A stretch of DNA of 64,000 bases from Eledone cirrhosa (GCA_964016885.1 OZ024743.1:147188001-147252000); one strand, 5' to 3'; positions 14,088-30,699 are shown, counted from the stretch's first letter. The notes: generated by a model not told the origin, from the letters alone. Program-made: numbers and translations.

Positions 14088-14689
14088 ACACACATCACAC
14101 AAGCGAGCGAACTCACTATATATATATATATATATATACACAGACACACACACATATATATATACATATATATGTAAAAGTATATATACATATATACATA
14201 TGTATATATACTTACATACATATATACATTCATTTATATATGTATCTATATTATGCACATCCGCACATACACATAAACACACACACACACACACACGCAC
14301 ACGCGCACACGCACACACACACATATATATATATATAGACATATGCATATATATCATTACCCAAAATAAAGTTGTTAGATGCATGTCAAGTTTTACCCTC
14401 TTTCACCAATTATACCTAAATATTTATACAGAATTATATATATATTTTCTAAATATGTTCAAAGTTTAATTCTATATGTGCTCGTGTGTGTATATGTAGC
14501 AGTTTGTGAATTAATATGTTATAACATGTACGTATGTTTATATTCATTGATAGACAAACCACTATATAGACAGACAGACAGACAGACAGACAGACGGCAG
14601 ACAGACATACGACAGACAGAGAGCAGACAAACGGACAAACAGGCACACATAGACACATACATTCACACACATTCATATATATATATGTG

Positions 14690-15274
14690 TTTTGTATGCA
14701 TGTATGCATATATGTATGTATGTATGCATGTATATTTGTATGCATGTATGCATGTATGCATGTATGTATTCATGTATGTATGTATGTATGTATGTATGTA
14801 TGTATGTATGTATGTATGCATGTATGTATGCATGTATGCATTCATGTATGTATGTATGTATGTATTCATGTATGTGTGTATGTATGCATGTATGTATGTA
14901 TGTATGTATGCATGTATGCATGTATGTATTCATGTATGTATGTATGTATGTATGTATGTATGTATGTATGTATGTATGTATGTATGTATGCATGTATGTA
15001 TGCATGTATGCATTCATGTATGTATGTATGTATGTATTCATGTATGTGTGTATGCATGCATGTATGTATGTATGTATGCATGTATGCATGTATGTATTCA
15101 TGTATGTATGTATGTATGTATGTATGTATGTATGTATGTATGTATGTATGTGTGCATGTATGTATGTATTCATGTATGTATGTATGTAGGTATGTATGCA
15201 TGTATGTATGTAGGTAGGTATGCATGTATGTATGTATGTATGTATGCATGTATGCATGAATGTATGCATGTATG

Positions 15275-15308
<34 letters not shown>

Positions 15309-16350
15309 TTCATGTATGTATGTATGTATGTGTACATGTATGCATGTATGCATGTATGTATGTATGTATGTATGTATGTATGTATGTATGTATGTATGTA
15401 TGTATTCATGTATGTATGTATTCATGTATGTATGTATGTAGGTATGTATGCATGTATGTATGTATGTATGTATGTATGTATGTATGTATGTATGTATGTA
15501 TGTATGTATGCATGTATTATTCATGTATGTATGTATGTATGTATGTATGTATGTATGTATGTATGTATGTATGTATGTATGTATTCATGTATGTATGTAT
15601 TCATGTATGTATGTATGTAGGTATGTATGCATGTATGTATGTTATGTATGTATGTATGTATGTATGTATGTATGTATGTATGTATGTATGTATGTATTCA
15701 TGTATGTATGTATGTATGTAGGTATGTATGTATTCATGTATGTATGTATGTATGTATGTATGTGTACATGTATGCATGTATGCATGTATGTATGTATGTA
15801 TGCATGTATGTATGTATGTATGTATTCATGTATGTATGTATTCATGTATGTATGTATGTAGGTATGTATGCATGTATGTATGTATGTGTGTATGTATGTA
15901 TGTATGTATGTATGTATGTATGTATGTATGTATGTATGTATGTATGTATGTATGTATGTATGTATGTATTCATGTATGTGTTCATGTATGTATGTATGTA
16001 TGTATGTATGTATGTATGTATGTATGTATGTATGTATGTATGTATGTATTCATGTATGTATGTATTCATGTATGTATGTATGTAGGTATGTATGCATGTA
16101 TGTATGTATGTATGTATGTATGTATGTATGTATGTATGTATGTATGTATTATTCATGTATGTATGTATGTATGTATGTATGTATGTATGTATGTATGTAT
16201 GTATGTATGTATGTAGTCATGTATGTATGTATTCATGTATGTATGTATGTAGGTATGTATGCATGTATGTATGTATGTATGTATGTATGTATTCATGTAT
16301 GTATGTATGTATGTAGGTATGTATGCATGTATGTATGCATGTATGTATGA
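14690..16350. repeat. Compound (TATG)n microsatellite, about 1.65 kb
   Basis: TATG units with recurring CATG, TTCATG and TAGG variants. Confidence 0.95.
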
Positions 16351-16672
16351 TGTATGTATACTGTGTAGTTGTATGCATGTATCTTCTGTGTTCTTTATTT
16401 TTATCTTATTTTTGCCAGTATTTGCCTGTAAGTGTGTTTACTTGTAGTGAAAAAGTAATGTCTGGCGCATTTCATATGCATACTGGCATACGAAATTATA
16501 AAGACTTGTATAAACACACTTACTCCTAAAGATGCATTATATATACATACATACTCACAAACGCTTATAATATTTATGTACATCAATACATGTTTACGTA
16601 TATATAAATACGCGCGCACACACACACACGCACAAACAAACATATATATATATTTAAACATATTTATCTCTT

Positions 16673-16728
<56 letters not shown>

Positions 16729-17404
16729 CATACAAACATATATACTCGCCCATACTTACACACACATACATGCAAACACACACACATGCACACACACACA
16801 TATGTGTGTGTGTGTGAGCGGAACCACATTATAAACACATTAGAAAATGCAATCATACACATATACTGTGTAGTTGTATATGTATCTCAGTATCAAATCT
16901 ACACATTCGTTTAATACACCATTTCCAGCAAGTATGTGCCTGTGTGTGTATGTGTGCTTGTATATTTGTGCGTATTTCGGATGGTCTGTTTAAGTAAGCC
17001 ATCTTCATAAATATACTTTTATGAACGTTCTAACATCAATATATATATATTACTAGACCTTGCTTTGTTAATTTCACACATACACAACGTAAGAGAAATA
17101 GTATAACAGTATATCATTCTGCTCCAATCTAGCTTGCTGTCTCTTATATATATAATCAGAACTCATCGACATATCTGGCATCAGACCAAATCGTTTCACC
17201 ATTAATAGTAGTAGACTATCATATTTATTGAACATCTTCCGAGAGGTTGGCTTGTATATAAGTTTGCCAACTTAGAAGCCATTAGTGGCTTAGCGAAAGT
17301 ATTGCTTTTACTGTCTACTTCAGGCACGTGTGCGTATATATATATATATATATATACGCTCACATGCACACACACATGCACACACACATGCACACACACA
17401 CACG

Positions 17405-17442
<38 letters not shown>

Positions 17443-17584
17443 CATACTTTACACTTAAACTATACTAAACACATCGCTCAAAAGACAATTAGCCAGTTAA
17501 ATAATATTACAATGTCGGTTTCTGTGCGTGAAATAAGTTATGATAAAAACTAAAAAAATGAACATTAAAAATCAAATAAAACAA

Positions 17585-18135
17585 ATTACCTAACAGCGGG
17601 ATAGACCTCCAAGTGCTACTGGTGGAGAAACCACACAAAAATCACGGTCACTCCAATCGCTAGGGCAAGTGCCCTTTCCATGATGTCTTTCTACAATCTA
17701 CAGGCGCATAGTTAGAGCAGGTCCATTTACTCGAGCTATGCTCACCACTCTCACACAACTTTCAACACAATGGATGGATGACAGTATTTACCTCTCCACA
17801 CCTAGACTTCCATCTTCAAGTGAAAGATTTGCCGAAGAGGAAAGTACTTCTGTTCATCCATTTCAGGTGTTCAGAATAAACCGACAACTCAGCATTACTC
17901 GGACACTAGAAAAGACCATGCAGGACGGTTATGTCGCTCCGCAAGTTTCTAGACAAGACCGGCTGACAGCACTTATATGCCTGTAGAGTTTATCTCGAAC
18001 ATCAATGTTCACTGGTAGCATTGCCAGGCCAGAGATTTCTGGAAATTACCCATGGACCCCGGACCATAGGTCTTCCGAAAATGAGTGGCTAATTGATTTT
18101 TATCAACAACCAGAGCCTCCCCAAGAACACCGTAA
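17585..18135 (-). pseudogene. Old 3' fragment of the same L1/Tx1 family
   Basis: LGEALVVDKNQLATHFRKTYGPGSMGNFQKSLAWQCY matches ORF 46409-47086; shared AGGGCAAGTGCCCT. Confidence 0.75.
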
Positions 18136-18859
18136 CGTTTACCCGCAAATAACCCTATCGAGAACACCAAGATGAAGTTTTGACCTCTCGTACTGCCCGA
18201 CTGCCACAATGGCTGGGAGCTCTTGAAGACAGCATTTCTTGTCGTCCACGCAGCAGGGGAATTCTCCACAGTCGTTGTGAAAACTTTATCTTTGTTAGCA
18301 GTTTATAGAACCCCATGAAATAGAAAATGTCTTTTGGAATTGGAATTATTTTGAACCGTTTTGATTATTCTGATATTGTAACGTTCTTATAAATAGTGAT
18401 GGGGCAGTCATAGGAAGAATATTTTTGAAATACATATTGTTTGTCACAAATTGCTCAGGACTTCTACCTTAAGAATTCTTAATATATTATTTTATCGCTA
18501 TGTTAAGAACTGAACGTATTCCAGAAAGAGTTACATATACTTGTTTACAAGAAAAATGCTAGTTCACTTCTGTTCGGTTTTTCATTATGATTAAATTATA
18601 AAATTTATTGAAACCGTGAGCGAAATCGAAGATATAAATGGTATTTGTATAATTATTTTGCTGTGGTACGACTACTTTGGTAAACCTTAACAAAACCTTA
18701 CAGCTTGTTTACATCCAACTTTTCCGATCAAATAATAGTGCATAAAGCTGAACTTGGACCCATAATCTCAGTGTAGGATGTACAAAATGAGTTCTAAAAA
18801 ATATATCAGTAAGATACATAAAGTAAAATTTGTCTTACGCCATTTAAGGCTCATTAGGG

Positions 18860-19073
18860 TGGTGCTTATCCCGAATTCATAGCGTTACTGGGAGTACAAG
18901 ACATCGCAGTGTTAAACCCCCAGCTATTGTTGGTACTCATTGTCACCTGAGGATACTGGAGAACGTGAAATGAAGTGCTTTGCTCAAGAACAACACGCAA
19001 CCCAGCCCAGAAACCAAACCCATGATATTATGATCGTAAGCCCAATACTCTTACCACTCGGCCACGCGCCTCC
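18860..19073 (-). mobile_element. Second tRNA-derived SINE family
   Basis: Minus strand GGAGGCGCGTGGCCGAGTGGTAAGAG (A box)...TGTTCTTGAGCAAAGCACTT; related fragment at 41590-41665. Confidence 0.7.
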
Positions 19074-19473
19074 ATGGTAAAATACACGCGACTATAAGTA
19101 TACATATCTTGTGTTTATAATTGATTATGTCTTCAATTTCATTCCATAGTTACTAACTTTACATACTATACATAATAGACATGTATATAATATATATAGA
19201 TGTATGTATATACAAATGAATGTATGTATATACAAATGTATATTCGTGTATGTGTGTGGTCTGTGTCGAATTTTACGTTAGCTTCTCTGTGTGTTTAAGA
19301 TTAAATCTGGTAACCTAGTGATTCGACAAAAAATATCGATAAAATAAGTACCAGACAAAGTATTGTGGTAGATATGATCGACTAATTGCTGTACGTGTCC
19401 CTGTACAGCCGTAGCTCACGGGCAGGAACGAGTAAAAGAGTAATATATACTGCATATTTATGTACACACACAC

Positions 19474-19608
<135 letters not shown>

Positions 19609-19815
19609 AAATGGAAAACGAAGAATCAGTGATGCATCGGAACTCAATTTATTATGTATTACAATTTTATCATACTCTGCTCCGTAGGAGCATAGAGTGC
19701 TCAACCGGCATACCGCCTATGGACGCATCCTAGCAACCATACGACATATATATATATATAGTATTAATATATAAGGGAACAAAGAATCAGTGTTGCATCA
19801 TATACATATTTAATT

Positions 19816-19889
19816 ACATATTACATATGTTTCACTGCCGATCAGCTCGAGGAACGATCTATTAATGATCGGAAGCTCCTCAGATATGT
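19816..19889 (-). ncRNA. Type I hammerhead (family D)
   Basis: ACAUAU-CUGAGGA-GCU.CCGAUCA...UGAUCGG.AGU-GAAA-CAUAUG-UA-AUAUGU; 6-bp stem I, palindromic stem III. Confidence 0.85.
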
Positions 19890-20933
19890 TTTAATATGTA
19901 GGCGTGCGTCATGTGTTCGTATATATATGTGCGTAAGAATGTGTCTATGTATTCATATAAAATTCGTACAACCACGATGAAAATTCTCAGTTTCATTTGC
20001 GGTTATTTCTATTAATACTATTATGCATTTAGTAGTTTTCCCTTATGTCTGAACATAGTCACAAACACAAAGTAGTATATGTATCTACACACACACACAG
20101 AGACACACACACACACACATACACATTAATATATATAAATAGATAGATAGATACACACAGACAACTGTATATAGGGATAGAAATTTGACTTCAATTGTTT
20201 AAAAACCTCGTTTCCTATATCCTTTTTTTTTTTTTTTTATCTATTTATCTATTTATTTCTTTATATATATATATATATATTTTTTTTAAAATATTAAATT
20301 TGAAGTTAAAATAAATGAAGTGTATTTTTTTTATAAATAAAAGTTGGCGTGAAATAATATTGAATAAAAAAAAATATATATTTCAAAATTGAAATTTGTG
20401 ACTTGAACTCAAACGAAACCTGAAGAACAACAACAAAATAACAAGAAAGACAAAAAAAAAACAAAAAAAAAAAAACATTGAAATATGTAATTGAATCAAT
20501 GAAAAAAAAAATTTATGTTTCTCTTGAACTTTGATTTCAGTTTACATATTCATTTTAACGCCACCCCAGCAGCCTGACTCCTCTTCCTTATCCTCCCTGG
20601 CTTTAGTTTATTAAAATATCCGGAGTTTATCCAATTGAAAATTTAAAATGGAAAAAACAAACGACTATATTAAATCACAATTCCAATTTACATATTTATG
20701 TGTATGTATGGGCCTTCATGTTAGTGTGCATGTTTATGTTTAGATTGTGTGTATGTTAGTGTGTGTGTATCGGGTGTGTGTTGTGTGTGTGTGTGACTGT
20801 ATTTTGTGTGTGCATGTGAGAATCTTTATCTGTTTGCATATATTTTGGCGTATATATACATGTGTTATTTATTAGCATTTGTCCGTATGTTACTGCGTGT
20901 GTCCGAGCGGGGTTATGAATGTGAGTATATGTT

Positions 20934-20987
<54 letters not shown>

Positions 20988-20989
20988 CA

Positions 20990-21047
<58 letters not shown>

Positions 21048-21135
21048 TGCACATACGCAAACACACACACACATGTGCATACATAAGCACACACGCAAAC
21101 ACACATACAGTTGCGCATACACAAGCACACACACG

Positions 21136-21232
<97 letters not shown>

Positions 21233-21450
21233 GTTTCATTCGTAAGAAATTATCAGGAATATATATATATTTAAATATTAATTAAAGGTTAATTAGTCTC
21301 TAATACTTAAACATCTCACTGAGTGGATAAAATATATAGATAAGATATCACTCCGAGAAGCAATATTACATATTAAATTTAAGCGAGAAAAACCCTATTT
21401 ATGGGAGCATAAGCCAGTGGGAAAATAAATATTTTAGTATTTTATATATA

Positions 21451-21801
21451 CAGTTTCCCCTGGTATTCGCGGTGATTAGGTACCTAGATCACCAGCAAAG
21501 AGCGAAAAACCGTGAATATCGGACGTGGTCTACAAAAATGCCTATAAACGTTAACATTTTTTATTTTAAAAAAGAGGGAGCGTCTTATGTGAAGGAGCGT
21601 CCAATAGACCGACACATACTGCATATTGTTATTAATAATTTAGCGTTAAAAACCTATATATTGCCACGAAAAAAGTTATAAAAAATCGCGGATGATATTT
21701 AGCATTCCGCGAATATGCCGTGGTTTCCACGGGCAATTATTAGTTAGGTTCTAAGGAAAATTCCGCGAATAACCGCGACCGCGAAGGCCGGGAGTACACT
21801 C
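21451..21801. mobile_element. Tc1/mariner Tigger-like MITE, degenerate
   Basis: TA-CAGTTTCCCCTGGTATTCGCGG start; CCGCGAATA repeats; CCGCGAAGGCCGGGAGTACACT end. Confidence 0.55.
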
Positions 21802-22224
21802 GATATATATACATTTCTGATGATTTCTTACGAATGAAACAGTTCTAGATCTGCTATGCCTTTGCTTAGGGATCTAATCGGCTAGTGGTGGCCAGGACAG
21901 TAGTAAAAGTGTCTATAGATTTGAATAGAAAATAAACCATTGCTAAAGACATTCTTCTCACTTGTAACGATAAATATTGACATGACCATTCCGATATGGG
22001 CAAATGCGGGAACCGTTACACTATTACTCAACCTGCTAAAATTTGCTGGCTATTATCCTACACAACATACTCTAGTATCTTTATAAATGGCAGGTAAACA
22101 TTAGATGCTGTTATATAAACCACTAAACTGATAAGATGGTCAGTACAGGCATACCTTTGACTATAGTTCTTTTCTATGAGGGTTGCCGTTGAGGTAAACA
22201 ACAAAACTATACGCTGATACCTTT

Positions 22225-22700
22225 TAATGACCAACTGACTTGCCCACTGATTTGCTTCACGATTCTACACTGATATTTTCACTAATGACCACACTCATCA
22301 GTACCCACGTAAGCACAGTCATGATCCTACTTGTGATCGTACTCATGACCGCATATACAACGAAATTCATGAAAACACTCAGTCACACAAATAAACATAC
22401 ATGGAAAACACACCATATTCACACGCTTAACCACACTTATAACTACACAGATGAATAGATTATTCATTACATACACCATTAGACTCATAACCAAACATAT
22501 GACCATATACATACCCACTTTTTGGGGTACACTTATAACCATACATATGGCTACAGTCATGGACACACTCATGACTACTCACGACTAAGTGTTTAATCAA
22601 ACCCATAACTACACTTATGACTAAATAAGGACTAACACTCATGACCACACTGATAATTTCACTTCTCACTACACACATCTCATCACTAAACGCATAGCTA
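22225..22700. repeat. Degenerate minisatellite, about 12-bp unit (ACTCATGACCAC-like)
   Basis: Recurring ACTCATGACC, ACTTATAACC and ACTAATGACC units. Confidence 0.55.
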
Positions 22701-23343
22701 CATTTGTAATCACACCCAATTCTTAAACTTCACATTACATATGTATTATGTTACCATATTTAGTAGAACAAAGTGCTCAGAGCAAGCAATTTCAATTGCT
22801 TATAAATCTCTGATCAAGCCTGCTTATATTAACCATAACGAGGTAAGAAACTAAGTTCAGGTTGAAAAATTCGTCGTCGGCTCTTCCTCGTTTCCGAATA
22901 TATTTTTTCTTCTTTTCAATCATCACATCTATGACAGGACTTCTGGTGGTTGATAAGGCCGACTTTTGCAAAAAAAAAAAAAAAAATTGTCCACACAGGT
23001 CGAGCTGCTTCTCGGTGCGGTGGAGGTCTTGGCTGGAGTTGGTGAAACACATGTCAACGCTATTGTTGATATTCCTAATCAGCCTCACTACTTACATCTC
23101 TCTCTCTTTCTCTGTATATATATATATATAAACATCACGTGAATGGAAGCTTTCTTCTCTTTCGCCCACTTATTCTTGAGAGGATCATGAGGGCAGAGTC
23201 CTCAAACACCCCTTTCACGTTCTTACGAATGAAACGGTTCTAATTCGTAGAAGCCATTTATATATTAAATATTGATGTTTTTACTCTAATAATGTATTGA
23301 GTACCTTTTTGACTGATTAACCCCGAGTTAACTCGAGATCTAA

Positions 23344-23399
<56 letters not shown>

Positions 23400-23990
23400 T
23401 TCTCTTTTTGTCTCCTTAAATTCTGAGGGTGTCGTAGGGGCGCCATATTGACATACGACATTTCTAGGGTATTTTAAACCTGGAGGAGCCTTTCTATATC
23501 TCCAAGTCTGAATACATCAGATTTCCTCCAGAGAAGAATAGAGCGAGTGAGAAAATAGAAGTGAGAAAGAGATATAGAGGAAAAAAATCGATCTGAGTGT
23601 ATGACTGGTACTTTTTTTATCGCCGTTCGAATGGGTGAAATGCGAAGTTAACCTCGGCAGGATTTGAATTCAGAGAGCCGAATCTTATACCGCAAAGCAT
23701 CTTATCCGACCTTCTAACGACTCTGGCAATTCGACGCCTATATATAGTTTAATTCAAATTTTATACACTTACAACGGTTTTTTCGTAACTTGTCCTTGGC
23801 ATCCGATGAAAGGCCATTTTTGAAACGGCTCCTCCATAATACAGTAGTGGCTACAACTGGACACCGAAATCTAAGTTCACGCATACATGTTAAGTGTGAA
23901 ATATTAAATATTCTAGATAAGCTCTCTTGCAATAGAATGATCATTGTTTTCCTTCACCTTTTATCTACGGATATCCTGCTCTCACACACA

Positions 23991-24028
<38 letters not shown>

Positions 24029-25919
24029 CACACACATACACATATGTATATATATATATATGTGACGTCATACAAAATTCTATGTTACTTGTAGGTTAAT
24101 TTTTTATAAATTAATGTTTTTTTCTCTCGTCTCTAACTCCACTGGACAGCATTTGACTTATGCCAGACGCTATGATCCTGGGTGGACCAGCAGTACCGAT
24201 GGTAGGAGTCCAAACTGCCACAGTCCATCCCAACGGCTGATGAGCCTGGAGTTCTGTGGCCTTCGGTTGTATTATTATTTGGTAAAATAATTTTTGAAGG
24301 TTTCCCCTTAAAAATTGTTTTTCATTTTGTTTTGTTTCCGTTCGTTATCTTGCCCCCCCCCCCTTGTTAGTTTTCTTAAATATATATATATATATATATC
24401 AAAAGTATGTCCATAGAATCATTTGATAAAATATATACACCATTTCCTCTCCCAATTAGCATAATTAACCACATATATATATATATTTATCATCCTGTAG
24501 GACTCGCCAAACGAGATATGTGTCGCCGAGGAGATCAAATAAAGCTTGTCCATTATATTCAACATTTGGGTTTAGCCACAAAAGTTTCCTTCGACTGGCT
24601 GATTTTATAGAACTTATTGCCTTTGGTTGTCGTTTTCCTGTATTTTAAACACCTATGGAGAGAGCTTTTTCTTATTATTTTCAAGGTTCACACTTCATAT
24701 TAATCGAATCATACTACATTATATATGTGAGACCATACCTGATCTGATTTTAGTAAACAAAGCGCCCCTCTGAGTTATTTTTCCTCAGCTCTATTTTTGA
24801 AGTTAGGAAGGAGTCTCATCTTCCTCTTCTTCATAATTTCTCCCTGCCTGTCGAATATATCCCCTACAATATTATTATTTATGAGACATCGAACGCTGGT
24901 AGTGATATTTTCAGTCGCTTAATAACAAAGCATTCCCTCGAATCAACTTTTCTTACACTCTTTCACCAACAGTAAAATCAATGCAACCTGTATACTCAGC
25001 GACGTTATCATCACCACTAGTATATCTATTAGCATTAAAATCATCATCACCACCACCACTTCCGTCCATCATTGCTATCATCACAACTGCTATCAACAAT
25101 ACAGCCACTGCAGGAGCGAAAGTGTGACCACCCGACTCGCAAATCACCACTAATTTTCTCAATATCCATCACACACCACAAGTAATCACATGGTTACATC
25201 ACATTCCTTCACTCATCAATCTATCCCTCTGCTACTTACACCCGACCCTCGCTAAACTATACCCAATCTACAAGCTATACTTCATCCCAACTAGCCTTTA
25301 CCTATCATATCTAATACTCACAAAAACACACACACACATTAACCGCCGCTACAGGAACACACGTACGTACGTAAACTAACAGAACAGCTAACCAACTGTC
25401 TCCCCCACTATCCACCATTACCACCATAACAATTACCACATTGACCACAAGCCTCACCCATCGCCACCGCAGTCGACATTACTACTTTATAACACTACAT
25501 ACAACATTAAGTAATCAATCAATGAACATATATGTATGTAGTCAGCCGTTAATATATTAAATATATGTATGTTCTGGTTATATTATCGTATACATTTTCA
25601 CATTTAGAGAGAGAGTCGGTTTCTAACGTAGACACAAAACATTTTCATTGGAATTAAGACAACATCAACTAGGTAAATATGTATGTCTGTATATCTATGT
25701 GTGTGCGTGTGTGTATGTATATAAGTAAGTATGTATGTATGTATGTATGTATGTATGTATGTATATATGTATGTATGCAAGTATGTATATAGGTATTCAT
25801 GCATGTATGCATGAATAAATGCGTATATATGCATACATGCGTATATATGCATATATGCGTACACACATATATATATATATATATGTATGGATGGATGCTC
25901 ACCTATCTCTCTCTCTCTC

Positions 25920-25995
<76 letters not shown>

Positions 25996-26115
25996 TATGT
26001 ATGTATGTTTGTATTATGTACGTAGCTATGCATACATGTATGCATGAATGCACAGACATACATATATATACGCACATATGTATGTATGGATGGATGGATG
26101 GATGCGCACCTATGT

Positions 26116-26175
<60 letters not shown>

Positions 26176-26273
26176 ATGTGTATGTATGTAGATATGTGTG
26201 TGTGTATGTATGTAGGTAGGTATGCATATATGTATGTATGGATGTATGCACACCTATGTACACACACACACAT

Positions 26274-26307
<34 letters not shown>

Positions 26308-26354
26308 TGGTATATCTATATATCTATATCTATATGTACCGAGTCTTGTAGCTT

Positions 26355-27072
26355 GGTAGTAGTAGCAGTGTTAGTAGCAGTAGTGTTAGTAGTAATAGTA
26401 GTAGTATTAGTATTAGTAGTATTAGTAGTAGTAGTAGTAGTAGTAGTAATAGTAGTAGTAGTAGTGGTAGTAGTAGTATTAGTATTAGTAATGGTAGTTG
26501 TAGTGGTAGTAGTAGTAGTAGTAGTAGTGGTAGTGGTAGTAGTAGCAGTAGCAGTTACATCTACTATAACGCTCCTCCTACGCTTCTGCTGTTTTTTTTT
26601 TATAACGTTGTCTCCTCCTTCATCCCAATCTTATACTCCTCCCTTCATATTTACCTTACTATGTTTTAGCTGCATTTTCCTCTCCCCACTTCCCTTCGCG
26701 TCCTTCTCTTTTACCTTCTTTAATCTTTCTCTCTCTCTATCTACCTATCTGTCGAACGTCTCCCCTCCTTTCTTTGTATTTATCTATGTATCCATCTCTT
26801 TGGCATCCACCTTTGTTGTTCTCTTTTCACTGTAGGTATCTGGTTAGTTCTCTAATTTAGCACATCTTCCCCCACCCCGCATACTTATTTTAGTCACATT
26901 CCTCTACCCTCGCCCCCTTCACATTCTACCTTATCCCCCCCCCCCTCCTCTTCCTCCTCCTCCTCCTCCTCCTCCTCCTCCTCCTCCTCCTCCTCTGTTC
27001 CCTTCTGCATTCTTCTTTATGCATCTTTCCGCGTCTTTAGATATATTAATCGTTGCTGCTGCTGCAGCTACA

Positions 27073-27124
<52 letters not shown>

Positions 27125-27125
27125 G

Positions 27126-27187
<62 letters not shown>

Positions 27188-27188
27188 G
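26355..27188. repeat. (GTA)n and (CTA)n tracts flanking a pyrimidine-rich segment
   Basis: 26355-26553 (GTA)n; 26950-26995 (CCT)n; 27066-27188 (CTA)n. Confidence 0.9.
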
Positions 27189-27360
27189 TTAGGTTCTTTA
27201 CCTTTTCCTTTTCTCCACTCATAATCGCTTCACTCACCCGATTCCGTTCTATCTTGTAGTTATTATTACTACCACCTCTTTCTCATACTACTACTAGTAC
27301 AAGTACTACTGCATATTCATTTTGTTATATTTTCCGCCCATTCATAGTCTCTCCCCCCTC

Positions 27361-27419
<59 letters not shown>

Positions 27420-27595
27420 ATATATATATATATATATAATATACCTGTCTATATATACCTGTCTCTATACAAACAACTCACTCTACCTCCGCCTTTTTTT
27501 TCACTTTCACTTCAGTAACCAACTCCTCCTTCAATTCATCTCGTCTCATTTCTCTTATTCTCTCTCTCTCTCTCTCAATCCCCCCTCACTCTCTC

Positions 27596-27657
<62 letters not shown>

Positions 27658-27826
27658 AGACTAACTAAACTAACTCCTCCTCCATCACGTTTTCCCTCTC
27701 TTTCCATCAACTAACTGACTCAATCCTGTCTTGTGTTTATCTTTCTTTCTATATATCTATTCATTTCTCCCTGTGAATTGAAACTCCACCTCTTTCTGCC
27801 TATATATATATATATATATATATATT

Positions 27827-27880
<54 letters not shown>

Positions 27881-28489
27881 ATATATTATATATATATATA
27901 TATTATATATATATATATATTATATATATATTATATATATATATTATATATATATATTATATATATTTATATATTATATATATATTATATATATATTATA
28001 TATATATTATATATATATATTATATATATATATTATATATAGCCGTCTCTCCATGAACTAACAAATTCTTTCTACTCCACACATTCACACACATTCTCTC
28101 CTTCACACACTCTCACTCCTCTCTATCTATCTAACTCCCCCATTGTATCTATCTATCTCTCTTCTAATTCCTCATCTAATTTCTCCATCATCCTTCTTAC
28201 ATTTTTATTCTGAATATAAAAGTTTTCGGGGTTTTAGCGACTAGCTACAACCCCCCCCCCCCCCCAACCCCCCACACTCTTTTACCATCAACCACTTTCA
28301 CTATCGTCGCAACCACTGCCAAATACCAGCACCCCCACCACTTCTACCACTAGGACCATTACTACCATTAGTGATCATCATCATCATCATCAACACCATC
28401 ATCATCATCATCAACACCATCATCATTACCAACATCTTCATCATCAATAACACCACTACCAATTATACAACTACTATCACCACCATCAA

Positions 28490-28680
28490 ATGAGTGAGTC
28501 TCTACATGGTTAGTTGTTCCACTAGAAATAGCAACCAAATTCCCCTCATATACACCTCACCGTTGTTAGCACAATCCTGGACACCTCACACCCAGGAAAA
28601 TGGGCGAACGGTTTAAGTTGAAATGATTTTGATCACAGATCTGTTATTTGATCAGGGCTGACCTGAAGCTAAACAACAAA
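28490..28680 (+). repeat. Old dispersed repeat with (AAC)-like tail
   Basis: CTAGAAATAGCAACCAAAT...GATCAGGGCTGACCTGAAGCTAAACAAC; similar pieces near 870-1190, 21990-22205, 36580-36750 (minus), 40020-40110 and 40870-41020. Confidence 0.5.
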
Positions 28681-29183
28681 AATTATACCGCACACACATA
28701 AACAAATCGCCAGTCCTAGATGCAGCAACAACACCAATATCACCACAACATTTTTTTTCTTAATATAAGAAAAAAGTGTCCGCTCTAATTAGTGAAGTGT
28801 AAATCCCGAAACGTCAGATTTTCCAATTTTACCAACAAAGAAATTTATTCAAGAAATTAGAAATATAAAGTAGAAATATTTCGCTCCACCTTGCCCACAA
28901 GCATTTAAATACTAAAAAGAAAAGAAAAAGAAACAAAGAGAACAAAACGAACATGAATATTGTATTCATAACTTCTACAAGAATTAGAATGAAAGTCTGC
29001 GTGATTAAGAGTTGAATTTGTGTGATGTTTAAATTATGTCTTCACCAACGACATCATAAACAATGTTGTCGTGAACAACGCTAGGAAAAGTATTGAGAAC
29101 AATAGAATTAATAAATATTATCCTTTCTGCGAAAGAATGTATGTATATATCTATGTATATACAAAAACGTTACACAAACCGGA

Positions 29184-29218
<35 letters not shown>

Positions 29219-29222
29219 TTAT

Positions 29223-29336
<114 letters not shown>

Positions 29337-29408
29337 ATTTATATATATATTTATATATATATATATATATTTGTATATATGTATATATATATATATACTC
29401 ATACATAC

Positions 29409-29446
<38 letters not shown>

Positions 29447-29685
29447 TTGTGTGTGTGTCTATATACATACACATTCGAATATATAAACCCATGTCATTAA
29501 CACGCAAACATACACTGGTACATACATTTCTTTGTATATATGATCCGAAGCGACTCGATCCCAAATCACTTTCGCTTACCAGTTTAGGTGGAACTTGCTA
29601 GATCGGACCAAGGAAACAATGTTTCCATTAGTATTTTCAATTCTAAAAACTATCAACCGGTCACAACTGCTGGCAGAAATGAATG

Positions 29686-29746
<61 letters not shown>

Positions 29747-29749
<3 letters not shown>

Positions 29750-29975
29750 CACCGTATTTTTGACTAAAGGAATTTTAGCCTGATAATGGAGTTTAGAACC
29801 CTCAGATAAATGGAAAAAGATGAGTATTGACGTACATGTACGTCAATACTCATCTTTTTCCATTTATCTGAGGGTTCAAAACTCCATTATCAGGCTAAAA
29901 TTCCTTTACTCAAAAATACGGTGAAAGCTATTCTATTTTCTAATTTCAAACCTGCTCACTGTTTCAAAACATACT

Positions 29976-29979
<4 letters not shown>
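29747..29979. repeat. 180-bp spacerless palindrome (29747-29926) plus unique tail, between (TA)n tracts
   Basis: Centre GACGTACA|TGTACGTC at 29836/29837; 90-bp arms with a few mismatches. Confidence 0.9.
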
Positions 29980-30029
<50 letters not shown>

Positions 30030-30090
30030 TATTTATATATATATTATATACATATTATATATATATATACATATATATATAAATATATAC

Positions 30091-30121
<31 letters not shown>

Positions 30122-30135
30122 CATATATATCTATT

Positions 30136-30223
<88 letters not shown>

Positions 30224-30659
30224 AATATATATATACGAAGGCATGCATACATATTTATTTATTTGTTTCATATAGAAATAACTTCTACAAGACTAGGACT
30301 GTTTCAGTCAATTGAAATCATTTCAAAAGAATGAAACAGTTCTACTCATATGGAAGAAATGTGTACGGCCATCACGACACAACGTAACCAAGGAACCGAC
30401 ACAGGATTGTTAAATAAAATCCCTTGGTGCCTTTCACATCGGCCATTGCCGGTGCTCTATTCAAGCTGAAGATCTTTGGGGCTGACGTTTCACAATCAAC
30501 AGTGTGTTCTCCTCCTTCGAAAACAAACGCAGGATCACCCTCGACAAAATGCGCAGGAAGAAGAACCGCAAAACCACGTCATCAAACCGAGATATGTAAA
30601 AATCCCAACCACGGCATCAAGCGGTTTCGGGTTGTGTGCTCAGCAAGCCTTATTATATA

Positions 30660-30699
<40 letters not shown>

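Noticed and set aside
23140-23530. Two minus-strand HHR-like relics (TTGAGGA..GCCC..GGGC-GAAA; CTGATGT...GAAA-TGTCGTA/TACGACA)
   Set aside because: Core substitutions and missing stems; not separable from chance by eye.
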